In this document: positions 26,190 through 37,566 of the stretch, piece after piece | Layout: every line of letters begins with the position of its first letter | Numbering within the stretch: the stretch's first letter is position 1 | Assembly: GCF_009834535.1 (NCBI RefSeq) | Contig: NC_045697.1 | Span: 55,306,001-55,370,000, forward strand | Length of the DNA: 64,000 nt | Origin: Camelus ferus | Taxonomy: Eukaryota | Direction: 5' to 3' | Position numbers and translations under genes: made by a program | Notes under the pieces: generated by a model | What the model saw: only the letters and a program-made list of their open reading frames with translations | The model's database searches: none | What the model was told of the DNA's origin: nothing

Positions 26190-26830
26190 ACTCATTTCTC
26201 TTCTACAAACCTATTCCTTCCCCAGTTTTTGAAATTTTAGTTACTAGAATCATTAATTTCTCCAGCTACAAACATAGGTTCCCACTTCTAGTTGTTTACA
26301 AAGTGATATTGATCCTATTTCAGGGTTAGTTCTTCAAATCAACCGTTATTTTATGTACACCTGCTTCCCCTGACTTAACTGAGGCATCAATTTTTTCTTA
26401 CCTGGTCACTTCAACAGCCTTCTAAGTTTCCTATAGCTGGCCTCTCTTTTTACTCTCTGTCTTCCATAGAAAAGTTTGAATTTCTTTGAATAAAACATAT
26501 CTTTCATATTACGCTTTCATTTAAAATATGCTTCTTTAACATATAGGTTTAAGTGTAACATCTCTAACTTGAAACTAACAATCCTTCTGAACTTTTCCCT
26601 ATCTACCTGTTCAGTTATCTTCTATTTTGTGACTTATGTTGCAAGCTTGGTAAATCTCTATTAATTTCCTTTACATACGGTGTTCGTACATGTTTCTTCG
26701 CCTCTTAGTATATACTACTTAAAAAACCCTATCTTGCTCTCTGCCTGAAAGATGCCTATTTATTTTTCAAAGCATAGATAAATTATCATATTTCACTTTG
26801 ATAATGTCAGATTCTGCAGAGACTTAGTTG
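26190..26830 (+). mobile_element. Decayed L2
   Basis: Pyrimidine-rich L2-like text 'ttcttacctggtcacttcaacagccttctaag'. Confidence 0.5.
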
Positions 26831-27469
26831 CCTTATTTTCTCTAACAACGATATCAACAAGAATAATCACAGACTTTTATGTGCCATTTACTTCCCATCA
26901 TGATTTTATCAAATTCTTAAAACCACTCTTTTCCAGATAATAAAGCTGAGGTTCTGAAATATTACTTAATTCAGTCAAGATAATATAAACTGAGGCCCTA
27001 CTACTTAATCAGGCCTTTTCTCTTTGAATGAGTGAGTCTCTGAATGAGTAGATTTGTAAAGAATTCTTTCCTATTTAGATGTACATCAGTTCTGCTCACT
27101 GTACTTTGTTCATTTAGCCCTGCTGCTTCCCATCTATTTGCTTATCTCCCTGTTGATCTAAAAAGACATTCTTTATTATAATGTTTTACCTTATTTCCAC
27201 ACTAATTTCTCTGAGCTGACTTGTAAAGAAGTAGACCTTCTAAAGCTCTCTATTTCCTATTCTTAACCATATGCAAGATGGATTATTTGTGTCCATAAGC
27301 AATGTGTGTCTCCTGGTTTCTATTTATCATAGACGTTTTCAATTAATTTTCCTATAAAATGTCTGGTCTTCTATTTGCCACCTACTTCTCTTGGCTTCCA
27401 GGGTCTGAGTTTTGATCTATTGTTTTGAGTTAGAGTAACATTCCCTCTCTCTCTCAATTTCTTTATTAC

Positions 27470-27885
27470 TATATTAGTTAGCAATATGGTTATGTATATA
27501 GTAACAAAGAGATAGGGATATTCAATGGCTGAAGTAAGGTAGATGCTTGCTTGTCTTTCATATACATCTCAGGCTATGTTGGCTGAATTCTAGGAGGTTA
27601 TTCAGGAACCAAGATCTGCCATTCCCAGGGCTGTCCTGGTCTGCTTGGTCCAAGATAAAGTACTGCTAGGTCTGTGTTCTAAACTTTTGTCTGGGGGAAT
27701 CAGCATGCAGTGCAGTAGTATGTCAAAAGTTGCATATACCACTTCTGTTGATATCCCATTAGTGTGGACACAGTTCATACGACCTTACCAAACTGCAAAA
27801 GGCATTGTGAAATCTAGTCACTAAGTAGAATTTTTGAAAGGGAGAAATAGAATAGAAACTAAATGGTAATCAGTAGTGTTTGCTA
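27470..27885 (-). mobile_element. Old MLT1 (MaLR) LTR
   Basis: 'gtaacaaagag...caatggctgaagtaaggtag...cacttctgttgatatcccattag...actgcaaaaggcattgtgaaatctagtc'. Confidence 0.65.
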
Positions 27886-28591
27886 TGCTTATGTCTTATT
27901 CTGGAACCATGCTAATTTAACATATAATTATCCAGTTATTTAGTAGGAAATTTTACACTTGAACCAGAGCCCTGAGATTGAGTTCTCTACAGTCATTTAA
28001 AAACTTTGGATTTTGGACATGACATTTTCTGAACTTTACTTTTCAGGCTGAAACTAGAATTTGTGAAAATGCAATCAGTATATATTGAGTTAATTTGAAG
28101 TGTTTTCCATTGCATATTTCAGGAGTATCACACATGCTGGTAAGAAAAGTGGCTCTGTATCTTGTACTCATTCATTTTATCAACAACTCATTTTCATTAT
28201 AGAGATGACTATCATCAAAGGGGAAAGTGCCTTGAAATATTGTGCAATGTTCTATTACTAAAAAGAAGAAAGAGAAAATAGTCATTGGACTAATTTATAC
28301 TTTAAAAAAAAAACTCTAAAATTATCAGTACTCTCATGATCAATATTTACCATAGGCTTGTTTTATTATCAGCATTCTATCTGTCCTCTCTTGACCTCAG
28401 GTTTTTTTTTTTCTTTTAATAAACTGAGATGGCTAGGCTAGATGATCCCTAAGTTTCTTTTCTGTTTTTTTTCTTCTCTTTTCTAACACTTCTGATTCTG
28501 TTGTTGCATTGAAAATATTAAAAATTTTATAAGAAATAATATGACAAGGCTGTTTGCTATACGTTGAGGATTAACTGAATAAAACAGATCT

Positions 28592-28646
28592 AAGCTACCA
28601 TAATATTGTAGGTCAACTATATTTCAATAAAAAACAAACAAAAAAA
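28592..28646 (+). mobile_element. Extremely 5'-truncated L1 tail (about 50 bp) with a probable TSD
   Basis: 'cataatattgtaggtcaactatatttcaataaaaaacaaacaaaaaaa', flanked by aaaacaga(t/c)ct at 28581-28591 and 28643-28653. Confidence 0.65.
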
Positions 28647-29559
28647 CAGACCTGGATTCCTCTAAGAAGCTTCCATTCTAATGAGAAGTTTAGTAATGAA
28701 AATTAGGAAAAATTAATGATGGGGCAATTAGTATCAAAAGACATCAAACTCATGCTTAGTGAAGAAGAGAAAATGGGCATTTTACATGAATCTATGATTT
28801 TCAGTAATAGTGTTACATTACATGCAGCTTCCTAAACACTTTGGTCTTAGGGTAACATAAACTTAAAACACAGCTTAAATGTATCCCTATTGGATTTATT
28901 CATCCATTCTACCTTATCCCACCTCTATCCTTCCCCCCACCTATAAAACATAGTTGATAAATTTCCATACAATAGTATGGAAGAGGAACTCAGACATGTT
29001 TTGCATCCTCTTGCTCTGGAAGGCATTCTGTAAGTATGCGGTGAGTGACACTTAAGACTGCTGTTACATTTAAATCTATCAGTGATTTGTTATGAATAAG
29101 CCTTTTCATACTGAATGACACTAGAAATAAAAGAATTATTCTTTATTGAATCCAAATACTGCCTATAAAATATTCTGTCTATGATAACATTTTGCATCAT
29201 AACATCATTATAGGAGATTGGTTAAATGTACTAACAAAAATGTCATAGCACAATAAATTTTAACTACACATGTTAAGTATAATTTGACATGGCTCGATAT
29301 TCTAAAGTATGCATTTCATTATATCTTTATTCCAAGGCACTTCTCCAACTTTGAGTTACTGACAAACTGAATAAGTGAAAATTTATTAACTACCATCTAG
29401 TCCTGTTCAATTACTCCACATTGACTTTCTAATCTTAAAGCCCACTGAGAGGAACCCAGGTATACATTTTCTATTTGGTCATTTAATCTCAGTATCCATC
29501 TCTAAGTTGGCACTATCATAATAAAAACCAGTCTTTAAGGGGCTGCAGCTGCATGCCAG

Positions 29560-29730
29560 TTACAGCAGTAAATTATTTTTTAATCCACATCCAACCTGAT
29601 GAGTTTGGTTTTATTATCATACTCACTCTCTATATGATGGAAGTGAAGCCTGCACAGATTAGGAAATGTATGCAAATAATTTTAATTAGCTATAACCTCA
29701 GGTAGTCTCACTCTAGATCCTGAACCTTGA
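29560..29730. mobile_element. MIR fragment
   Basis: 'ttaatccacatccaacctgatgag...tattatcatactcactctctatatgatggaagtgaagcc'. Confidence 0.5.
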
Positions 29731-30219
29731 CAAGTCCCTTCTTAGGGATTGTTACTGAGAAGTTAATCCAAATTTATGTTTATAACTGTGCTATATGACT
29801 ATGTCTAAGTCTATTCAAAAAGATGCTAAAATCCAGGGTTTCTCTCAGAGAAATGATGCTAATACTATATTGTTTTTTTAAAAAAATAATTTTAGGGTAT
29901 CTTTTGCTAATTCAGTAAGGCCACTATCTTACCTTTTCCCCAACTCTAAGATATTTACATATATCTGAGTAGATGAGGCAACCATTCACTTAAAGTCAAT
30001 ATACTATGCATGTTATTTATACATAGAATAATATTCTATAGTGATAAGCCTTAAGAAATTCTTAGGCACCAAATATCTAAAAGTTAAGACCATCAGCTTT
30101 TAGCAGTAAGACACTAGTTCAGTTAATTCTGTCCATTTTTATATTTAGTTTCTTTCTCTTCTAAAATTTTAACTTGTGTTACCTGTATGTATATTATTTG
30201 GAAAATATAAAAACCTACT

Positions 30220-30670
30220 TCGTTAGAGAAGATGTTGGCTACTTTCTTTAACTGAAAACAGATAGCAGTGACTTAAACAAGACAATTTAATACTCTTCTG
30301 CTTCAAAAATTCAAAATGCTCCCAGGTAACCTGGAGGGAAAGAGGTATCTTCTATATTGTTGCTTTACCCTTCCCTCGGGTGCTGACCTTAACCATGTTG
30401 CATCTGAATCAGATTGAATGCCTGAAAGCAGACTTGAGTGGTGTACATTTTTTTTTAACAGGAATAATTATAAAGTTGCATTCATCATTTCTGTTCCCAT
30501 CTTGTTGGGCAGAAATTAGACTTATGACAGTTTTTAATTGCAGAGGAATCTTGCTAATATAGTCTCTAATTGGGTGGTAGTGTGCTTAGCCAAAACTATC
30601 AATGCTCTATTATTAAACGAAAGAAAAAGAGAAAGGATATTGGTATAGGTAACCATTGAAGTATCTATAA
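30220..30670 (-). mobile_element. Old MLT1 (MaLR) LTR
   Basis: 'agcagtgacttaaacaagac...tttctgttcccatcttgttgggcagaaattagacttatgac...aattgcagagg'. Confidence 0.6.
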
Positions 30671-31304
30671 TCTCTCTGAGATCTTTAATATTAATTTCTA
30701 ATTAATGTGATTAATGCTGAAATAAACATATAAATACACTAATCTATCCACAGGTTTGTTGGTATCTTAAGATAGAATTTTGAAAATGTAAATTATGGTA
30801 AATCAGTGTATCAAACAAATGGAAAAACTGAAATAGGACCTAAATATATTTTATAAAACCAGTACTAGTTTATGTTTAAATATAACTTAGGCTTGAAAAC
30901 TATGATATATTCCAGGATATACTTAAAAATCTTTGAAATTGTGATGGACAAAATTCATTTTTAAATATACATTCGTTTCATTTTTAATTATATATTTCTA
31001 AATTAATTGGCTAGTTGTGTCTGTTCTCCACACTGTCTTCATGCATCTTCCCATTTTATGTGGAATTTAATGTTTCCTACTACATATGAATTCATACATA
31101 TTCCTAATGTATATGAATTTCATATGTATTATGGATATTAATGCTTCATTAATTATATATATTTAAAACTTTTCCTAATTTGAACTCTGCTTCTTGCTTA
31201 TTTTTTATCTTACTGCTTTTCTGAGATATTTTGAACTTTAAAAGGTTTTGGTTTCCAGTAGTTAAAGCCATTAGTAATACTATTTTTTGAGGGTCTTTTT
31301 TTCT

Positions 31305-32170
31305 TCATCCCTCAGTTTTATTGAGATATAATTTACTTGCAACACTGAATAAGTTAAGGTATATAGGGCAATGATTTGACTTAAATTCACTGTGAAATGA
31401 TTACCACAATAAATCTAGTTAATGTATCTATCATCTTATGTAGATACAAAAACATTCCTTCTGATGAGCACTCTGAGGATTTACTTTTTTTTTTTTTTTA
31501 ACAGTTTTTATATATGCCACACAGCAGTGTTAAATAACTACAGTGATCATGTTGTATATTACATCTCTAATACTTATCTTATAAGTGGAAGTTTGTACAA
31601 TTTAACCACCTTCATCCAGTTGCCCCTCCCTTTACCCCTCACCTCTGATAACCACAAAACTGATCTTTTTCTGTTTCTTTTCTTTTCCCATATAAGTGAG
31701 ATTGTACAGTATTATCTTTCTCTTTCCGAATTACTTCACTTAGTATCATGCCCTCGAGGTTCATTGTCTAAAAAATACTCTATTGTGTATATGTATATAG
31801 CAACGTCATCAGCAGATACTTAGGTTATTTCTGTGTCTTGGATATTGTAAACAATGCTACTGTGAACATGGAGGGGGGCAGATATAGTTGAACCTTGAAC
31901 AACACAGGTGTAAACTGTTGGGGACGTCTACTTATATGTGGATTTTTTTCAATAAATACATACAGTACTGTAGGTCTAGGGTTAGTTGAATCTATAGATG
32001 TAGAACTGCAGACACAGAAGGGCAATTGTGGGACTTGAGCATCCTAGAATTTTGTTGTCCTGAGAAGATCTTGGAACCAATCCCCGTGGATCCAAGGGAT
32101 GACAGTATTCCCAGAAGTGTAATTGCTAGATTGTATGGTAGTTCTATTTTTACTTTTTTGAGGAGTTTGA
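31305..32170 (-). mobile_element. L1MA-type 3' end, interrupted by a MER8-like element
   Basis: 'ttttattgagatataatttac...tgtgaaatgattaccacaataaatctagttaat...ttttcccatataagtgagattgtacagta'. Confidence 0.85.
31885..32105 (-). mobile_element. MER8-like TcMar-Tigger non-autonomous element, TA TSD
   Basis: 'agttgaaccttgaacaacacagg...cttatatgtggatttttttcaa' at one end and 'ggaaccaatccccgtggatccaagggatgacag' at the other, with TA on both sides. Confidence 0.8.
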
Positions 32171-33275
32171 GGGTCTTTTTAATTTTCTTTTTGGCCAAAT
32201 ATTACTTCTCATTTCAAGATTATTGACACTTTCATCCATATTAACATTTTTTTCATAAAAATTTGGGGTTTTTGTTATAAAATAATACATGTGAATGACT
32301 AGGAAGAAAAATATGCACATTACCCCAGTTTAAAAAAATGCATGCCAATCATCACCTCATCTTGTCATGTAGAAAACTAAATCGTCAGTTATTTCTGAGT
32401 GTTTTTTACAGATGGACAGAAAATTTTTGTAAAAGATTTTTAATAGAAGTGACGTAGGAATTCAGTCATTGTAGCAGTTGTGCACTACCTAGTATTTAAA
32501 GGTATCTTTACATTGCCTTGGAGGTTTGGATTAAATAACTTGTTGAAATGGAGCTAACTGACTGAGTTGTTTTTATAAGACCCTGCTGTGATCACATTTA
32601 TATAGGAATTTTACTTAAAGGTCTCTACACTAGATTGTATATTCATAAATCAAAGAGAAACTAACTGTATTTTTTAAAATTATTATCTAATGGCTAACTT
32701 ACTTGAGAGTTACTCAAGTATTACTCTGCAATACCTCATCCTTCCTGTGTAGATGGTCAGGGCTCAAGCTGACCACCATATATGGTAGCCTGAAACTTGT
32801 CAGAGGAGGAAAGACAGAGTGAGTATCAGTTTCCTTGACAGCGCCTTTGAATCTTAATCCTATGTGTTCAGGGACTTTTCCTATGTCACAGTGACCCGTT
32901 TTATTGTGTAGTGAAAAATGAATATTGAAACATGCATATTGGTACAGCTAGAAGAATTTATTTATTTGTTGATCACTTTTTTTCTAATTTTATTTCTTAC
33001 TTACATTGAACTCAGAAAGCAGTAATTGCTGAATGACCTTTACTGTTTTAGAGGGATAAGTACTTGATCTCAAGCACAGATGATACAAATTTTACCAAGC
33101 AGGAAAACATAGAATAACTTTAGATATCAAGTCAAAATCTGTTTCCTAACTCTCAGATCTCATATCTATTGGGAGGGGATTTAAAATTATTTAATTTATT
33201 TGAAAGTCTAGGCCTTTAGAAATCTACTGTACTTAAAAATCTAACTAAAAATAATGTATACAAATTTATTATCAG

Positions 33276-33662
33276 TGTCTTACCTCAGGCTGCTATAACA
33301 AAATGCCAAACAATGAGTGGCTTAAAAAACACGTTTATTTCTTATGAGAGATATGGATAAGAGTCTGAAATCTGGATGCCAGTATGATCAGATTATGGCT
33401 ACGACTCTTCCTGCCTTACAGATGACTGCTTTCTTGTTTTATCCTCACGTGGTAGAGAGAGGTGGGGATAGGGGCAGGTGGGGACAACAGGCTCTCTAGT
33501 CTATTCTTATAAGGGCACTAATTCCATCATAAGGATCATACCCTCATGACCCCATCTAACCCTAATTATTTTCCAGAAGCCCCAGCTCTAAAAACCATAA
33601 CACTGGGGGTTATAGCTTCAATACATGAATTTTGGTGGAACGCAAACATTTGGTCATTAACT
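33276..33662 (-). mobile_element. MLT1A-type MaLR solo LTR
   Basis: 'caggctgctataacaaaatgcc...cttataagggcactaattccatcat...ctcatgaccccatctaaccctaatta...ttcaatacatgaattttgg'. Confidence 0.88.
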
Positions 33663-34299
33663 ACTAGGAATTGTACTCAAAATATAATTCTTCCAAAAAT
33701 TACATATAAATTATTATGAATCAAAATTTAAATGGCTTTTGTTTTCATGAAATGTACAGATAATACTGTAGGTCTTGTATAGCACTATAGAAGCATCTTT
33801 ATTACTGCCTAAGTGATTTACAGTCTTGTGATGTAACTACTGCTTCAGTAAACAAAAGAAAGCAATTTCAAATTCAATTCTTAAAATGCTAACATCAGTT
33901 TGGTAGGGAACCAAACAGAAAATCACTTTTGTTCATGGCTTAAAAGTAACATTATCCACAGTATGAAGTAACTTGAAACCAGTATGGAGCCAAACGCAAT
34001 GAACTTGAATAACTTTATTTTTCTTGATGTATTCCAAGAGTTACATTTTACCAAATTTAAAACTAAACTAGTTCCACCTGGGACTTTTCCAGGCAATCTC
34101 TTCGTAAGCTCTTCTTTCAGAGAGAAATGGAAGGATGAAACATTTATTTATTCAATTAAACCTTGTTGAGCATCTCCTATGTGGCTTGCACTCTTCCAAA
34201 CATATGTCTATTTTGCCTTGTACATTTCTCCTTCTCTTCCATCTTTTCCTCCTCTTCCTCCATAGAGTAACCAGGGGTTTAAAAAATAAAGTAATTGTG

Positions 34300-34451
34300 C
34301 ATAAATGCTAAGGTTAACACTAACATTTTTTAATTGATATGCACTATAGATTTAATATGTCATTTTAATTGGTAATGTTTCTTTCATAGCAGTTCACTAA
34401 TAATGGTGTATCTCATAATAAGTATCCTCTTAGTGTGATGATGAAATACGG
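34300..34451. mobile_element. MER104-like (TcMar-Tc2) fragment, one TIR visible
   Basis: Ends 'aatggtgtatctc...cttagtgtgatgatgaaatacgg|ta'. Confidence 0.5.
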
Positions 34452-34869
34452 TACAGCAAAGTGCTTAGAATAAGAACCTAGCTGCTTACATGTAAAAGTT
34501 AACTCTTATTGGCTGTACTGGACTAACCACAGGGCAAGAAAAAAATAAAAAATAAAATAAAAGCAAAATGATCATGCCCCTGAGGAGCTTATAATCTATT
34601 ATAGCAGAAGAAAAATAATACTTTTGATCTCATTTTCTCAGTAACATCTATTTAAACCTTTCAATCTTCTCTAATCTTTTCTCTCAATTTCTGTCACCAC
34701 TTTGCTGTGCCTTTAGACACCACATTCAAAGGGAAACACCAAGGGAAGTTCTACCACTAGGTGCAGTCAAAAACAGCAGAAAGCAAGAATGAAATAAAAT
34801 GATTTTCAATTAAAATGATTCAACTAATAACTCATTTTTTATTAAAGAGGGCCCAGGAAGGTCTAATGT

Positions 34870-35265
34870 CTGAGGTCTATTTGTCATCTGTTTTTTTCTA
34901 TATATATTTAATCCTTAGGAAAATATTACCTAATCCCCCCAAATTTTATATCTTCTACAGACTGAGAATTAAATCACTATCCTGTTTCTTTTCCCAGAAA
35001 TTTAGACATATCTAGCTACCTAGATGGAGTATCTATATGGATTTTAATAGACATCTCAAACCTAAAATGGCTGAAAGTTCATTGGGTATTTATACTCATC
35101 CCCATAGCAAAAAAGAGACAAACAAATTCTTCTCCCTCAGATATCTTATTCACTACGTGGCAACTTTATCATCCTCAGTCAACACGGTAAAAGTCCTGTA
35201 GTTATTTTTGCCTCCTCTTTATCTCTGCCATTCAATCCATTAACAGATCATGTCAGCTCTCCCTT
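34870..35265 (+). mobile_element. L2 fragment
   Basis: 'atagacatctcaaacctaaaatggctgaa...cattcaatccattaacagatcatgtcagctct'. Confidence 0.65.
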
Positions 35266-35279
35266 CAGAGTGAATCCGG

Positions 35280-36050
35280 AGACTCCTGCCTCTGACCATG
35301 ACAGAGACACTGGTCTAGGATTAAACCTCCTTGCATAAAACACTGGGAAACTGGACAAAATGATATAACTTTTATACATGGGAAAATAGGAATCATAGGA
35401 ATGTGTCTCATATGAAAAAAGAAACCCATTAAATGAGCCTTATGTTTGCACAGGGTCTTGGCCTGGGGGAAACTTCTGGAACACAGCATTATGGAGAAAT
35501 ACAAGCAGGATATATGAGTTTTACTGACGTGGAGAAACAGGAGTCTGAGAAGGCTGAGGAAGGTAACATGTTCAGGAATTAGTACCGATAAGAGGGAGCC
35601 ACTTAGAGAGTGCCTGGAGTCCTTGGCTGTATATGTGTATAACCTAGAAGGACGGGCAAACAGCAACTACTTCAGAAATACAATCTCAAAAACTTGCAGA
35701 GCCCAAACAGGGTTGAAAAATGTTAGAATTTCAACGAGCCAGTATGGAGAGACCCCAGTGAATACTCAAGGCAGTCAGATGAGACCCAGAAAGTTCTCAC
35801 CTTACATAGAATGCTAAAATAGCTCTGGAATTAGGCTATTTTGCTCTTGCTTTTTTGAACCAGAGCTGCCAAAATGAAGCTAAAACCATCACTAACTATG
35901 GATCCAGATGGTTCTCAGATTAAAAAAATGTGCTAGTCAGAGTAGTCAACGCCCCTTTAAGGAAAACAAAAAAATCTAGATACTCTGTAGTATATTATTC
36001 ACAATGTCTAACATCCAGTAAAAAGCGCTGAAGATGTAAAGAGCAGTATA
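35280..36050 (+). mobile_element. 5' UTR region of an old L1 (L1MC/L1MD-like)
   Basis: Starts 'gactcctgcctctgaccatgacagagac...aaacactgggaaactggacaaaatgatat', typical of L1M 5' ends. Confidence 0.55.
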
Positions 36051-37039
36051 ATATGGACAAAGTGTATAAAATACCTAAAGGTTAATAAAGTGAGGAAACC
36101 TCGGCTGAACGCAAGTAGCTGTATAAAGCTAATGAAAACTGAAAATAACTGAATGCTACAAAAGTTTGAAAGAATGCCTTTTATAATGGTTTTCTAACTT
36201 ATAATTCTTTATTCAGATATCTATGACTCAAATATTTTCCAGATATTAAGCTCATTGGTGTTTGGTTTATCTGCAAAATATACTTTAATTTTCCCGTATT
36301 TATCTTCCATGTTAGTATTTTCCAAGTTACTTCTACATTTTAAAATGAGACTATTAACAGGATTTAGTGTAAAGACTTCCAGGGACACTTTGACAAAACG
36401 TTCATAAGGTGGAGCCAGAACATGACTATAAACTGCTAATGCATGCCATCAGTATGTGTGCACCATTTAAAGATGACACCAGGCACTGATACAGTCTTGT
36501 TGAATGGATAAAATAGAGTGTGGCATAAACTTAGCAGGACGGCTGTACATTTATCATAGGATCAACTGTTGTTCCTGTACATGTTTTCTGGCCAAAGTAG
36601 ATTGAACTACTTCTCTGTGGAACTGGCTGCGACTTATGTCATCACTTCCCTGTGCTCTGTTCTCCCGGGTGTGTTCTCTTCACACACACTTGTATTTATC
36701 ACTGTACAATCTAATTGTGGTTTCTGTGTGGATTCACCAAAAGGTTATGAGTGATTAACGGATAAGAACCATCATATAGTTACCTCGATGTTCTTGGAGC
36801 CTTGCACATAATATAAAATAATAAAAAGCTCATTGAGCAAGCAAATTATAGGATTTCAGAAGTAACTTGGCTCTGTGTAAAAAACCTCCCACCCCACCCC
36901 ACAAACCTATTGGTTGTTGGTCGAACTTCTATGAGAACTTTAAATTTCTGTTCTAAAACCTAAATATGTGCTGGAATACAAAGACACTTAGGTATGTTAA
37001 TCTGCAGATGGCACAGAACTTGAAACAGAATATATTTTA

Positions 37040-37566
37040 ATTCAGATTTTACATGGAGAAAATTATAGACTCACATGCAGTTCTCATAAATAATACAGAG
37101 AGATCCCAAGTATCTTTTGCCTAGTTTATCCCAGTTGTAACATCTTGTGATACTATAGTATGGTTTTTCTGTTGCTGTTTGGCTGGAATCAGGCAAGTAT
37201 TGACAAACAGATGTTCTGTTATTAGACCATCCTGTTCTGTTTTTCGATTGGTGTGTCGGGGGGTTGTTTTCGTTGTTGTTGTTGCTGTGGAGAATAGGCT
37301 TTTCTTGGCGCTGTTTTTGGTCTTTGTATATTGGCTGCCCCCAGTGGCAGTGTTTACAGGGCCCTGTCTGGGATATGTAAACACTGAGGAAACCTGGGGA
37401 ACTCACCACCCTGTCTCCCTCAAGCCCTGAGGTCTCTAGGCAATCTTCCTTCTTCTTGCCACCTTCCAGAGTTTTCCTGTGCTTCTTTTTGTTACATCCA
37501 GGAATTTTTGGTTGTAAGCATGAGGACTGGAAGGAATGGAGTTTTTGCATGTTGGTGAACCAGAAT
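37040..37566 (-). mobile_element. Old L1 (L1MC/MD-like): a 3'-end piece (about 37040-37160) adjoining a 5'-end piece (about 37200-37566)
   Basis: 3' text 'tagactcacatgcagtt...aaataatacagagagatccc'; 5' text 'ggggaactcaccacc...ccttcttcttgccaccttccagag...gaaccagaa'. Confidence 0.6.

Noticed and set aside
32776..32785. Perfect CArG box CCATATATGG
   Set aside because: Several CC(A/T)6GG matches are expected by chance in 64 kb of AT-rich DNA, and there is no supporting context.
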